Below are positions 10,504 to 20,774 of a stretch of 50,355 nucleotides of DNA, piece after piece (within the stretch, counting starts at the first letter, position 1; every line of letters starts with the position of its first letter). Made by a program: the position numbers and the translations under genes. The DNA is from a phage, in sequence record PZ871096.1, one strand, 5' to 3'. The notes below the pieces were generated by a model. It saw nothing but the letters and a program-made list of their open reading frames with translations, was not told the DNA's origin and did not search any database.

Positions 10504-10821
10504 ATGGCAAAGATGAAACTAACGTTAGGCCCACTGCCTGATTTTAAGCTGCCTGTTTCTTTCGTGCTTCCAAATGGTGATGAGCAAGTTATTGTTTTTA
10601 CCGTGCGCCACAAGAAGGCAAGCGAGATTCACGAACGATACACGGCAGAAAAGCCGATGAGCGACGTAGAAATGATCACCTTCCTTGCTTCCGGTTGGGA
10701 TCTGGAAGATGAATTTAACGAGGAAAACGTTGCTAAATTGCTGGATTATTACCCTTCTGCGTCATTATCGCTGACTGGTCATTATATGAAAGCACTTGCG
10801 GGGCAGCGGGTAAAAAACTAA
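10504..10821 (+). CDS. tail assembly chaperone (lambda G-like)
   Basis: 105 aa directly upstream of tape measure; ends ...GQRVKN*; contains slippery heptamer near its 3' end. Confidence 0.7.
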   Translation: MAKMKLTLGPLPDFKLPVSFVLPNGDEQVIVFTVRHKKASEIHERYTAEKPMSDVEMITFLASGWDLEDEFNEENVAKLLDYYPSASLSLTGHYMKALAGQRVKN

Positions 10822-11138
10822 AGCGGGCGGTTTACCTGTTTTACCTCAAGCCGCCAACTGACGCACAATTAGAGGCCGTCGGCCTATCCCGTTCAGACTA
10901 CGAAGGGGAGGAGCCGCCGGAGGTAATTTTTGATGAATCAATGTTTCAATCTTGGGATCTGTTTTGCGCTATGCAGACGCAATGGAGATCGACTAGCGGC
11001 AGTGTGTATGGGTTCGACTATAACGTTTTGCCTATGCTTTTTGACATTTACAAGATTGAGGATCGGGAGATGGCGCTAAATGATTTGCGCATCATGGAAC
11101 AAAAGGCGCTAGAAATGATTCATTCAAACAAAACATAA
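10504..11138 (+). CDS. tail assembly chaperone G-T fusion produced by programmed -1 ribosomal frameshift
   Basis: Slippery site A_AAA_AAC at 10812-10818 in the G frame; the -1 frame is open from 10818 to the stop at 11136-11138 (verified codon by codon, no stop), matching ORF 10941-11138. Confidence 0.7.
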
Positions 11139-11158
11139 GCGCCGCAAGGCGCTTTTTT
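11137..11158 (+). terminator. intrinsic terminator between chaperone and tape measure
   Basis: AAGCGCC-gcaa-GGCGCTT followed by T6. Confidence 0.6.
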
Positions 11159-11177
11159 AATATCTGGAGGTTTTAAA

Positions 11178-13859
11178 ATGGCTGAGAAATACGCTGGCCT
11201 AACGCTAGGCGTTGACGTGTCGCAGGTCAACAATGCTGTTAAATCATTGCAGCAATTCAAGAAGGCAAACGACGACGCAAAAAAAAGCGTTAATGAATTT
11301 GTTGATTCTGAGGTTGTGGCGCGACAGCAAGCTAAACAGTTTGCCGAAGAACTGGCGCGCCAGAAAGCAGAATTTAAGAAAATCCAGGAGTCAATTGATC
11401 CCACCGCGTCAAAGATGGATAAGCTGCGAAAAGCAGCGACACAGCTTGATGCGCTATGGAAAAAGGGCGTTGTTCCTGATGAGACTTTTTTTGAGCTTGG
11501 GGCAATTCTTGAGACACAGCAAAACAAGCTGATCGCAACCAAAAAGGCGATGACAGAGGAAGGCCGCGCGGCGCTTGAGGAATCAAAGAACAAGGCGCGT
11601 GCAGCGGAAGAGGCTAAAAAATTCATCCAGGCTTTGCGTGAGCAGGAAGAAGCAGCCGGAAAAAGCAAGTCTGAATTGCTGGAAATGAAAGCGGCACAGC
11701 TTGGAGTTAGCCAGGAGGCGTCGCCTTACATCGCAAGACTGAAAGAGCAGGAAAAGCAGATTCAAAAACTTGGGATTTCTACAGGCCAATACAATCAAGC
11801 AATGAAGCTATTGCCAATGCAGATCACAGACGTGGTGACTTCACTTGCTTCTGGTATGCCTGTTTGGCTGGTCGCAATCCAGCAGGGCGGACAGATTAAG
11901 GATTCTTTTGGTGGCGCATCCAATGCTTTAAAAGCGTTGCTATCTTTCCTGAATCCGGTAAACGTGGCTTTTGGCTTGCTTTCCGGCACGCTGGCAATTG
12001 CTGCATATAATGCCTACAAAACACAGACAGAGTTTGAGGCAATTAAAAAAACCGTTCAGGAAACAACTGGCTTGACTGGTGATTTTGCCGAAAAGATTGC
12101 TACAGGAATCCAGGAGCTTTCCGACAAGACGGGAGAAAGCGCAGAAGATCTGGCAAAGGCTTACATCACCACGAAAGACGGCGCGAGCGAGGCGATTAAA
12201 AAACTGGTTGACGTTGGCATGACTTATGATGATGCAAAAAAGAAAGTCAACGAGTACAAAGGCGCGTCTAGCTTTGTCAGCTTGAATAACGAAATTGCAA
12301 ACCACAAAAACAAAGTCCTTGAGTTGGGCGACTCGTGGTATGAAGTTTTGAAAGCGAAGCGTGATTACGCTTCCCCGTCCGGCGGCCTGTTAGGTAAAGA
12401 GCTTGGCTATGTTAATCCTATGCTTAAGTTTGCACTTAACACTTATGAAGACATTGGAAAGGTCGTAAAAGATGCGAATAAGGACATGGCTGAACGAGCG
12501 GAGCGAATCGACAAAGAAAACCTTGCCTTGAACAGAGTGAGAGCAGCGCAGGAGGCTTTAAACAAAGCCATTGAGGATCAGAAGGGCGTGGCGCGTTCGG
12601 CTGATGAAGAACTGAAAAAGCGTGCGGCTGAAAACGTGGAGTTCAGACGCAAAGAGCTTGAGGAGATCAAGAAGCAGGAGCAGAAAAAGAAAGAGGCTAA
12701 AGGCGGAATAGTTCGCGGCCCAACTGAGCAGCTTGATAAAGAGTTGTACGTTTTAAAAGCGCAACTGGAAACGCTTAAAGAGCATCGCACTGTTAACGAT
12801 GTTATTTCTCGCCAGCGTAAATCTTTATGGAGCATCGAAAAGCAGATCGAGATCCTGGAGGATGCGCAGAGCAAGCGTAAATTGACCGGAGCGGAACAGG
12901 CGCTACTAAATGAGCAAAAATCCGTTTTGGAAATGGCAAGGCAAAAGGCTGAATTAGGGGATCAGATTGTTTTGCAGGAGCGCAAAAACAAGCTGGAGCA
13001 AGATAGCATTAAGTTTATCCGTGAAACGCAGGCGGCTATTGATGTGCTTGGACTTAAGCAACTTGGCTACACTGAAAAGCAGATCGAGCGTGAGCTAGAG
13101 TTACGCAAGCTGCGCACCGACTACGAGGCGCAAGGAGGAAGCGTTAGCGATGAAGTTTTTCAGCAAATGGAGTCGAAACTTAAGCTGTATTACCAGACAC
13201 AAGACGAGGCGCAAAGCAACTGGTTAGCTGGAGCAAAGAACGCATGGGAGCTATTCGCGGAAGATGCAAACAATGCCTATGGTAATGTTCAGCAGATAGC
13301 AAGCGAGGCGTTAAACGGCCTTACAAACCAATTAGCGAATTTTATCGCTACTGGCAAGGCAAACTTTAAAGACTTCTCGACGGCTATCATCAAAATGATT
13401 ATTCAGATGATCACGAAAATGGTTGTCTTTAATGCTTTATCTGGCCTGATGGGCGGTCAAACCTGGACGATAGGGAGCTTGCTTAAGAACATTGGCGGAT
13501 TTGCTGGCGGTGGATACACTGGCGACGGCGGTAAGTATGAGCCAGCCGGAATTGTCCATAAAGGTGAATTTGTCATGACGAAGGAGGCGACGCAGCGTAT
13601 CGGGGTAGGCAACTTGTACCGCATGATGAGAGGCTATGCTAACGGCGGCGTTGTTGGTAGTTCCGGCTATACTGGCGGTGGCGCTGTCACTGGTGGAACA
13701 CCTCAGTTTAACATTGGTGGGATTGATGTTAGCATCAATAACGGCAGCGATCCGAAGGGCATCGAAACTGGCGTTAAGATGATCTTTACTGATATGATTA
13801 AACGTTCCTGTATGCAGGGCGGGGAGGTTTACGAATTTGTTATGAGCAAGCGAGGTTGA
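11178..13859 (+). CDS. tail tape measure protein
   Basis: 893 aa, long coiled-coil-rich protein with glycine-rich C-terminal region, downstream of G/G-T. Confidence 0.85.
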   Translation: MAEKYAGLTLGVDVSQVNNAVKSLQQFKKANDDAKKSVNEFVDSEVVARQQAKQFAEELARQKAEFKKIQESIDPTASKMDKLRKAATQLDALWKKGVVPDETFFELGAILETQQNKLIATKKAMTEEGRAALEESKNKARAAEEAKKFIQALREQEEAAGKSKSELLEMKAAQLGVSQEASPYIARLKEQEKQIQKLGISTGQYNQAMKLLPMQITDVVTSLASGMPVWLVAIQQGGQIKDSFGGASNALKALLSFLNPVNVAFGLLSGTLAIAAYNAYKTQTEFEAIKKTVQETTGLTGDFAEKIATGIQELSDKTGESAEDLAKAYITTKDGASEAIKKLVDVGMTYDDAKKKVNEYKGASSFVSLNNEIANHKNKVLELGDSWYEVLKAKRDYASPSGGLLGKELGYVNPMLKFALNTYEDIGKVVKDANKDMAERAERIDKENLALNRVRAAQEALNKAIEDQKGVARSADEELKKRAAENVEFRRKELEEIKKQEQKKKEAKGGIVRGPTEQLDKELYVLKAQLETLKEHRTVNDVISRQRKSLWSIEKQIEILEDAQSKRKLTGAEQALLNEQKSVLEMARQKAELGDQIVLQERKNKLEQDSIKFIRETQAAIDVLGLKQLGYTEKQIERELELRKLRTDYEAQGGSVSDEVFQQMESKLKLYYQTQDEAQSNWLAGAKNAWELFAEDANNAYGNVQQIASEALNGLTNQLANFIATGKANFKDFSTAIIKMIIQMITKMVVFNALSGLMGGQTWTIGSLLKNIGGFAGGGYTGDGGKYEPAGIVHKGEFVMTKEATQRIGVGNLYRMMRGYANGGVVGSSGYTGGGAVTGGTPQFNIGGIDVSINNGSDPKGIETGVKMIFTDMIKRSCMQGGEVYEFVMSKRG

Positions 13860-13861
13860 TA

Positions 13862-14212
13862 ATGAAGCTGGATCAGTTTAAGTGGTGTACGCAGGTTCAG
13901 AACGGCGGCGGGTCCATGACGTCATCAAATAACGATCGAGAGATTGCATTCGGTAACGGATACACACAGGTAGCATCTGGAGGCTTTAACACAATCCGGC
14001 GAGAGTTTAGCATTGTTTACGCTGGGCTTGATTACAGAGATGTTGTCAAGTTCCTGAATGAGCACAGGCTAAAACCTTTCTTGTGGATCATGCCAGATGG
14101 AAGCCCTGGATTGTTTAGGGTTAAAAGCGGTAGCGTCGGGCTTACCCCATTGTCGCCAACCGTTCAGGAAGTAAAAGCCACTTTTACGGAACAATTTACA
14201 TCAATGCAGTAA
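13862..14212 (+). CDS. minor tail protein (lambda M-like)
   Basis: ORF-track frame 13856-14212; first ATG at 13862; about 116 aa right after tape measure. Confidence 0.6.
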   Translation: MKLDQFKWCTQVQNGGGSMTSSNNDREIAFGNGYTQVASGGFNTIRREFSIVYAGLDYRDVVKFLNEHRLKPFLWIMPDGSPGLFRVKSGSVGLTPLSPTVQEVKATFTEQFTSMQ

Positions 14213-14216
14213 TTTA

Positions 14217-14243
14217 AAGCCGCCTTTGTGCGGCTTTTTTCTT
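14217..14243 (+). terminator. intrinsic terminator
   Basis: AGCCGC-ctttgt-GCGGCT followed by T6. Confidence 0.6.
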
Positions 14244-14274
14244 GATGTTACAATGAGCAAAAAGGAGGTAGAAA

Positions 14275-15036
14275 ATGGCTAATAAAGAATCAGGTAGAGT
14301 TGAATTTGAGAACTGCCTACAAAGTTTGTACCCAGGCGAGATTATAACGCTTGTAGAGATTGACGGGACGAAGTTCGGGGCAAATATTTACCGATTTCAC
14401 AATGAGAACATCTCTTATACTGCAGAAGAATTAATGCAAGCGCAGCAAACCGGAATCTTGCCGCCGAAAGATATTATTTTCCGTGGTGAGGTTTACGGAG
14501 CGCGGCCTTTTGGTGTGAGCGGGATTAACTTCACAAGTAACGGCAGGGCAGATAAGCCTCAGCTTATAGTGTCAAACCTTGACAGCAGGGTTAGCTCCAT
14601 GATCAGAAATTACAATGGCATGATGCAAGCAAGGGTGACTTTCTGGATCACGGCAAGGGAATTTATCGGAGAAGACGGAGCAATCAAAGATGGCGCTTAC
14701 AGAAAATTGGTTTATTACATTGAGCGCCCAAGCCAGTATAATAGAGAGGTGGCGAAATTTGACCTGACATCGCCTTACGATATGGATGGATTAATGATCC
14801 CGCCGCGCATCACTCAAAGCGTTTGCTATTGGGCGCAAAGGGGGTGGTACAGGAGCGGAAAGGGTTGCTCTTATAACGGATCGGCAATGTTCGATAAAGA
14901 CAATAAGCCAGTAACAGATCCATCACAAGACTATTGCGCCGGAACTGTAACGGCTTGCAAATTGAGGTTCGGTCAGCAAAACGAATTGGATTTCGGCGGT
15001 TGCGCGGTTGCGTCACTGCTACGGAGGAATCAATAA
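14275..15036 (+). CDS. minor tail protein (lambda L-like)
   Basis: 253 aa; SD AGGAGG; synteny M-L-K-I-J. Confidence 0.65.
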   Translation: MANKESGRVEFENCLQSLYPGEIITLVEIDGTKFGANIYRFHNENISYTAEELMQAQQTGILPPKDIIFRGEVYGARPFGVSGINFTSNGRADKPQLIVSNLDSRVSSMIRNYNGMMQARVTFWITAREFIGEDGAIKDGAYRKLVYYIERPSQYNREVAKFDLTSPYDMDGLMIPPRITQSVCYWAQRGWYRSGKGCSYNGSAMFDKDNKPVTDPSQDYCAGTVTACKLRFGQQNELDFGGCAVASLLRRNQ

Positions 15037-15767
15037 TGATTAGTGCAAAAATTAAACTTGAAATAATGCAGCACGTTAAAGAGGAATACCCTAAAGAGGC
15101 TTGCGGCGTCATAACTCAAAAGTCACGGGTACAGAAATATCACCGCATAACCAACGTGCATGACGATCCAGAAAATCATTTTGAAATGGACGCCGTAGAA
15201 TACGCTGAATCGCTCGACAAAGGCGAATTAATCGCGGTGGTGCATTCCCATTGCGGGGATGGTGCTAGTACGATACCGAGCGCGCACGACTCATGTATGT
15301 GCGATGAAATGGGTGTGTCGTGGATTATAGTGTCATGGCCCGAAGGTGATATGAGAATTGTCGAGCCGCAGGAGAGGCCGCTTATCGGTCGCCCGTGGTC
15401 GCTTGGGTCGTTCGATTGCTGGGGTCTTATCATGGCGTGGCATAAACAGCACGGAGTAGTATTGAATGACTTCCGAAAGCCTTACGAGTGGTGGAAGTCA
15501 GAATATGGTGAAAATCTTTACCAAGATAATTATTTGAAAGAGGGATTTGTTGAAACTAACGAGCCTCCAAAACCTGGCGATATGGTGATTATGCAGCTAT
15601 CATCGCCAGTCTGGAATCATGCGGGGATTTATTTGGGTAACAACCAGCTATTACATCATGCGTTTGGAAAGTTATCTCGCATCGACTTGTATTCTGGATG
15701 GTATCAGGAGCACACTGTAAAAATTTGCCGACATAAGGATCTGAAATATGACATTGAAAGTAATTAA
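15036..15767 (+). CDS. tail assembly protein (lambda K-like; JAMM/MPN plus NlpC/P60-type C-terminus)
   Basis: ORF-track frame 14934-15767; ATG 15036 overlaps the L stop (TAATG); HSHCGDGASTIPSAHD metal-binding-like motif. Confidence 0.65.
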   Translation: MISAKIKLEIMQHVKEEYPKEACGVITQKSRVQKYHRITNVHDDPENHFEMDAVEYAESLDKGELIAVVHSHCGDGASTIPSAHDSCMCDEMGVSWIIVSWPEGDMRIVEPQERPLIGRPWSLGSFDCWGLIMAWHKQHGVVLNDFRKPYEWWKSEYGENLYQDNYLKEGFVETNEPPKPGDMVIMQLSSPVWNHAGIYLGNNQLLHHAFGKLSRIDLYSGWYQEHTVKICRHKDLKYDIESN

Positions 15768-16347
15768 GTTATCTGGTTCCCTGGGTCGTAGATTTGGCGT
15801 CTTTCACAAAATGGCGGTTGACTCATACCCCGAGGCAATACGCGCGTTATCTTCCCAGGTTGAAGGGTTCAAAGACTACATGCAAAGCGAGGTGGGATCG
15901 CGTATGCGTTACGCTGTTATTGTTGACGGCAAAGAGATTAGCCAGCATGACGAACGCACTTGGAAATGCGCGAAAGAGGTCAGGATAATTCCAATTCCCA
16001 CGGGGTCGAAGTCAGGAGGGCTGTTCCAATCCATACTTGGTGTTACCATCATGGCTGTGGCAGTGATTGCAAGTGGCGGCGTGGCGGCAATGATGGCTAG
16101 TTCGTTTGCGTCTTCTGCTTTCCTCATGGGTGGTGCTATCGCACTTGGCGGTGTCATGCAAATGATCTCGCCGCAGCAGGGCGGAATGAAACTGCAAAGC
16201 CAATCAGCAGAAAACAAGCCTTCTTACGCTTTCGGCGGCGCAGTAAATACCACGGCGGCAGGTTATCCGGTTCCTTTGCCATATGGATATAGGACAGTAG
16301 GCGGCGCGATCTGGTCGGCTGGCAGCTACGCAGAAGATAAAGCATAA
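15748..16347 (+). CDS. tail assembly protein (lambda I-like)
   Basis: 199 aa with Gly/Ala-rich hydrophobic C-terminal part; synteny between K-like and J-like genes. Confidence 0.6.
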   Translation: MTLKVIKLSGSLGRRFGVFHKMAVDSYPEAIRALSSQVEGFKDYMQSEVGSRMRYAVIVDGKEISQHDERTWKCAKEVRIIPIPTGSKSGGLFQSILGVTIMAVAVIASGGVAAMMASSFASSAFLMGGAIALGGVMQMISPQQGGMKLQSQSAENKPSYAFGGAVNTTAAGYPVPLPYGYRTVGGAIWSAGSYAEDKA

Positions 16348-16352
16348 AAAAA

Positions 16353-16377
16353 TACCCGCCTTGCGCGGGTTTTTTTG
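16353..16377 (+). terminator. intrinsic terminator after I-like gene
   Basis: ACCCGC-cttgc-GCGGGT followed by T7. Confidence 0.7.
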
Positions 16378-16389
16378 TGCCTTTATAAT
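16361..16389 (+). promoter_or_regulatory. sigma70-like promoter overlapping the terminator, upstream of J-like gene
   Basis: TTGCGC (16361-16366), 17-nt spacer, TATAAT (16384-16389). Confidence 0.35.
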
Positions 16390-16425
16390 GTGCAAACCAA
16401 GAAACAGCACAAAAGGTTAAAAGTC

Positions 16426-19400
16426 ATGGCTAAATATATGATAAGCGGCAGTAAGGGAGGCGGTCAAAAGCCCTACGTGCCAAAAGAGATGGAAGATAAC
16501 CTGATCTCGATAAACAAGATTAAAGTTTTGCTGGCTGTATCTGATGGCGAGTGCGATCCAGATTTTACGTTGCGTGATCTTTATCTTGATGATGTTCCGG
16601 TTATTGCCAGCGATGGCACTGTTAACTACGAGGGAGTTACGGCTGAATATAGACCAGGTACGCAGACGCAAGATTACATCCAGGGTTTTACTGACACATC
16701 AAGTGAGGTTACAGTTGCCAGAGATATTACCGGAGACAATCCTTATGTTATTTCTGTTACAAATAAAAACCTATCTGCGGTAAGAATAAAGATCCTGATG
16801 CCAGTAGGCATTAAGCAGGAGGATAACGGCGATCTTGTTGGCGTAAGGGTTGAGTATGCCGTAGATATGGCTGTTGATGGCGGTTCTTATAGCGAGGTTA
16901 TGAGAGATGTAATTGACGGCAAGACAAGATCAGGATACGACCGCAGCAGAAGGATTGATCTTCCTAAGTTTGATGAGCGCGTTTTAATCAGGGTTAAGCG
17001 ACTTACCCCAGACAGCACATCTTCAAAGGTGACTGATAAAATCAAACTGCAAAGTTACGCTGAGGTTGTGGATGCAAAATTCCGTTATCCTCTGACTGGC
17101 CTTGTATTTGTAGAATTTGACAGCGAATTGTTTCCTACACAAATCCCTAACATTTCTATAAAAAAGAAATGGAAGATTATTAATGTGCCAAGCAACTATG
17201 ATCCAATATCAAGAGAATATCACGGGTCATGGGATGGGACTTTTAAAAAAGCGTGGTCAAATAATCCTGCATGGGTTCTTTATGATCTGGTGACGAATCA
17301 GCGTTATGGACTTGACCAGCGAGAGTTAGGAATACAGATCGACAAGTGGAGCTTATACGAGGCAGGCGTTTACTGTGATCAGAAAGTTCCAGACGGTAAG
17401 GGCGGTACAGAGCCTCGCTACCTATGCGATGTGGTGATCCAGAATCAGGTTGAGGCTTATCAGCTAATCCGTGACATTTGCTCAATCTTTCGCGGAATGA
17501 GCTTTTGGAATGGAGAGAGCTTATCAATCGTAATTGATAAACCGCGCGATCCATCATACGTGTTTACTAATGAAAACGTCATCAACGGTGATTTTCAGTA
17601 CACAGCAGCAAGCGAAAAAAGCATGTACACGCAATGTAATGTGACGTTTGACGACGAACAAAACATGTATCAGCAGGACGTAGAGGGGGTTTTTGATACT
17701 GAGGCGGCATTACGATTTGGATACAATCCAACAAGCATTACAGCGATCGGGTGTACACGCAGGAGCGAAGCGAATCGTCGCGGTCGGTGGGTTTTGAAAA
17801 CAAACCTTAGAAGCACTACTGTAAACTTTTCTACCGGACTAGAGGGGATGATTCCATCCATAGGTGATGTGATTGCTATCGCTGATAATTTTCAGAGCAG
17901 CAATCTAACGTTAAATCTTTCGGGCCGAGTAATGGAAGTTTCAGGCTTGCAAGTTTTCGTTCCGTTTAAGGTTGATGCGCGTCCTGGTGATTTTATTATC
18001 ATCAACAAGCCGGACGGAAAGCCAGTTAAGCGAACGATCTCAAAGGTGAGCGCAGACGGAAAAACCATTGAGTTAAATATTGGCTTTGGTTTTGATGTTA
18101 AGCCTGATACTGTTTTTGCGATTGACCGTACTGACCTTGCGTTGCAGCAATACGTTGTGACAACTATCAGCAAGGGTGATGACGAAAACGAGTTTACCTT
18201 TTCAATCACGGCTGTGGAGTACGATCCGAACAAATACGACGAGATTGATTATGGCGTAAACATTGATGACAGGCCAACTTCAATTGTTCAGCCTGACGTG
18301 ATGGCAGCGCCTGAGAATGTTCAGATCTCATCTTATTCTCGTGTCGTGCAGGGTGTTAGCGTTGAAACTATGGTTGTTTCATGGGATAAGGTTCCTTACG
18401 CATCGCTTTATGAAATGCAGTGGCGAAAAGGTGATGGTAACTGGCTGAACACGCCGCAGACCGCTAACAAAGAGATAGAGGTAGAAGGAATTTATTCAGG
18501 CAACTACCAAGTAAGGGTTAGATCTGTTTCTGCAAGTGGGAACACCTCCCCGTGGTCAAAGATTGTAACCGCCACCCTGACAGGTAAAGTTGGCGAGCCA
18601 GGAGCGCCGATTAATCTTACAGCTTCTGATAATGAAGTTTTTGGCATTCGTGTCAAATGGGGTATGCCGGAAGGATCAGGAGATACGGCTTACATTGAGC
18701 TTCACCAATCGCCAGATGGAACGGTGGAAAACTCAAGTTTGCTTACGCTGATCCCGTATCCTCAATATGAGTATTGGCATAGTACGTTACCAGCGGGGAA
18801 AGTTGTATGGTATAGAATCCGTAGCGTTGACAGAATAGGCAACGTTTCCGGCTGGACTGACTTTGTTCGTGGCATGGCGTCAGATGATGTTGAATCTGTT
18901 TTAGGCGACATTCTGGACAAGATTTTTGATACCGAAGCTGGTCAAGAAATCAAAGAGAACGCCATAGACAGTGCCAACAAAATCAAAGACCAGGCGCAAT
19001 CAATCATCCAGAACGCTTTGGCAAATGATTCTGATGTTAGAGTTATGAAAAAGGAGAATGGGAAACGGAAAGCTGAATTTAGGCAATCTATACAGATGAT
19101 TGCTGATGAAACAGAGGCAAGGGTAACAGCGTTAACGCAATTAAAAGCAGAATTTGATGAGGAGATAACTAGCGAAGTAACAAGACTTGATCAGGCGATC
19201 GCAACAGAATCAGAAACGCGAGCAACAGCTATAGAGGAATTAAAATCACAGATTGGTGATGATATTCAGGGGCAGTTAACGAGAGTTGAGGAAGCGATTG
19301 CAAGCGAAACAGAGGCGCGCGTTTCTGCCGATACTGCATTAACGGCAAAGTTTGGTGATCTTGAGTCGGCACTTACTGAAAAACTTGATTCATGGGCTGG

Positions 19401-19851
19401 CGTTGATTCCGTTGGTGCTCAATATTCAATGAAGCTGGGCCTAACCTATAATGGTCAGCAGTACAGCGCCGGAATGGTTATGCAGTTAACGCAATCACCG
19501 CAAGGATTAATATCACAGATTCTGTTTGACGCTAACAGATTCGCGATCATGACAAGTTCTAGCGGCGGGGCATATACGCTTCCTTTCGTGGTTGAGAATA
19601 ACCAGGTTTTCATCAATAGCTTACTTGTGAAAGATGGTTCAATAACTAATGCCATGATTGGAAACTTTATTCAGTCAAACAATTTTGTTCAAAATCAGCA
19701 AGGTTGGAGGCTTGATAAAAACGGAACATTTGAAAACTACGGATCAACTCCAGGAGAGGGAGCTACTAAATTCACCAACGAAGGATTGAAGGTAAAAGAT
19801 GCAAACGGAGTATTGAGGGTTGAAGTCGGAAGGATTACCGGAAGCTGGTAA
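16426..19851 (+). CDS. central tail fibre / host specificity protein (lambda J-like)
   Basis: ORF-track frame 16375-19851; first ATG 16426; >1100 aa with fibronectin-III-like repeats and coiled-coil segment; last gene of tail module. Confidence 0.8.
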   Translation: MAKYMISGSKGGGQKPYVPKEMEDNLISINKIKVLLAVSDGECDPDFTLRDLYLDDVPVIASDGTVNYEGVTAEYRPGTQTQDYIQGFTDTSSEVTVARDITGDNPYVISVTNKNLSAVRIKILMPVGIKQEDNGDLVGVRVEYAVDMAVDGGSYSEVMRDVIDGKTRSGYDRSRRIDLPKFDERVLIRVKRLTPDSTSSKVTDKIKLQSYAEVVDAKFRYPLTGLVFVEFDSELFPTQIPNISIKKKWKIINVPSNYDPISREYHGSWDGTFKKAWSNNPAWVLYDLVTNQRYGLDQRELGIQIDKWSLYEAGVYCDQKVPDGKGGTEPRYLCDVVIQNQVEAYQLIRDICSIFRGMSFWNGESLSIVIDKPRDPSYVFTNENVINGDFQYTAASEKSMYTQCNVTFDDEQNMYQQDVEGVFDTEAALRFGYNPTSITAIGCTRRSEANRRGRWVLKTNLRSTTVNFSTGLEGMIPSIGDVIAIADNFQSSNLTLNLSGRVMEVSGLQVFVPFKVDARPGDFIIINKPDGKPVKRTISKVSADGKTIELNIGFGFDVKPDTVFAIDRTDLALQQYVVTTISKGDDENEFTFSITAVEYDPNKYDEIDYGVNIDDRPTSIVQPDVMAAPENVQISSYSRVVQGVSVETMVVSWDKVPYASLYEMQWRKGDGNWLNTPQTANKEIEVEGIYSGNYQVRVRSVSASGNTSPWSKIVTATLTGKVGEPGAPINLTASDNEVFGIRVKWGMPEGSGDTAYIELHQSPDGTVENSSLLTLIPYPQYEYWHSTLPAGKVVWYRIRSVDRIGNVSGWTDFVRGMASDDVESVLGDILDKIFDTEAGQEIKENAIDSANKIKDQAQSIIQNALANDSDVRVMKKENGKRKAEFRQSIQMIADETEARVTALTQLKAEFDEEITSEVTRLDQAIATESETRATAIEELKSQIGDDIQGQLTRVEEAIASETEARVSADTALTAKFGDLESALTEKLDSWAGVDSVGAQYSMKLGLTYNGQQYSAGMVMQLTQSPQGLISQILFDANRFAIMTSSSGGAYTLPFVVENNQVFINSLLVKDGSITNAMIGNFIQSNNFVQNQQGWRLDKNGTFENYGSTPGEGATKFTNEGLKVKDANGVLRVEVGRITGSW

Positions 19852-19880
19852 AAAAAGGGGGCGTAGCCCCCTTTAATTTT
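19851..19880. terminator. bidirectional intrinsic terminator at convergent junction
   Basis: A6-GGGGGC-gta-GCCCCC-TTTAATTTT. Confidence 0.75.
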
Positions 19881-20493
19881 AATCATAGTGTGATGCATTT
19901 ATAACCAAAACAGATGAAGCGGTGTAAATACCAACAGGTCCAGGGGTTTGTGCAACCTGCCTGGAAAAAGAGTAGATCCCGTTACCATACGCGGCAGCTT
20001 GAGACTCAAAAATCATAAATCCACCTAAAGCCGGATTAGGTACAGAGTTTAACGCTGTTAGTGATGGCATTATTGCGCAAGGGTAGCCCAGGTTAACATC
20101 AAACGCGATCCCGCTCACACCAACTTGCTTTGCATCAAGCGGCCTCATTTTTCCATGATAAACCATTTCACCATGAGCGTTATAAAACGCTATGCCGTGA
20201 CTACCTGGAGGAGTCACCATGTTACTAAAAGCATAAACAATAACCTCCCCTTGATTATCAGATCTATAAATTCTTATTGCGTGCCTTCCACCATTGTTAA
20301 ATTGCGTAAATGATATGTATGATTTAGCAGTCAATCTAACAAAGAAAAAACATACCCTATCAACAGGAATTGACGAAGTAAAAACGGTTCCGGTATTAGC
20401 AGATATTACGGCCCGATCAATTAGATTAACTGGAGTGAAATCTGGACTTAACCATAACGATCCGTCTGGTTTTTTTATGCTCATCCCGTACAT
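19879..20493 (-). CDS. hypothetical Gly/Ser/Tyr-rich protein
   Basis: ORF-track frame 19879-20505 (TTG start); first ATG at 20493 with GGGGGTGA SD; third gene of leftward lipoprotein operon. Confidence 0.5.
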   Translation of the reverse strand: MYGMSIKKPDGSLWLSPDFTPVNLIDRAVISANTGTVFTSSIPVDRVCFFFVRLTAKSYISFTQFNNGGRHAIRIYRSDNQGEVIVYAFSNMVTPPGSHGIAFYNAHGEMVYHGKMRPLDAKQVGVSGIAFDVNLGYPCAIMPSLTALNSVPNPALGGFMIFESQAAAYGNGIYSFSRQVAQTPGPVGIYTASSVLVINASHYD

Positions 20494-20495
20494 TA

Positions 20496-20774
20496 TCACC
20501 CCCAAAAAGTATATATATATCTTGAATCAGATCCAGAAAGTCCACTCCATGTAACGGTGTCGCCACTTACCCCTAAGTTTGGTGCGCCAGGGTCGCCACC
20601 ACGCCAGGAATTCATGCCAACATATATTGCTTTCAATGATTTACCTGGCGGCCTGTTTTGGTAAGTCTTGCTACCTGATGGCTGAGTGAATTTATCAAGG
20701 AAGAAAACAGGCGTTAAAAGTCCTGTAACTTCCCTCCCTCGATCGTCATATATTGCATAACCATATTGCGCCAT
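20496..20774 (-). CDS. hypothetical protein
   Basis: 92 aa; ATG overlaps the lipoprotein stop (TAATG), translational coupling. Confidence 0.5.
   Translation of the reverse strand: MAQYGYAIYDDRGREVTGLLTPVFFLDKFTQPSGSKTYQNRPPGKSLKAIYVGMNSWRGGDPGAPNLGVSGDTVTWSGLSGSDSRYIYTFWG

Noticed and set aside
11120-11668. 182-aa minus-strand Ser/Ala-rich ORF
   Set aside because: Antisense to the tape measure gene; low-complexity composition mirrors the coiled-coil coding strand.
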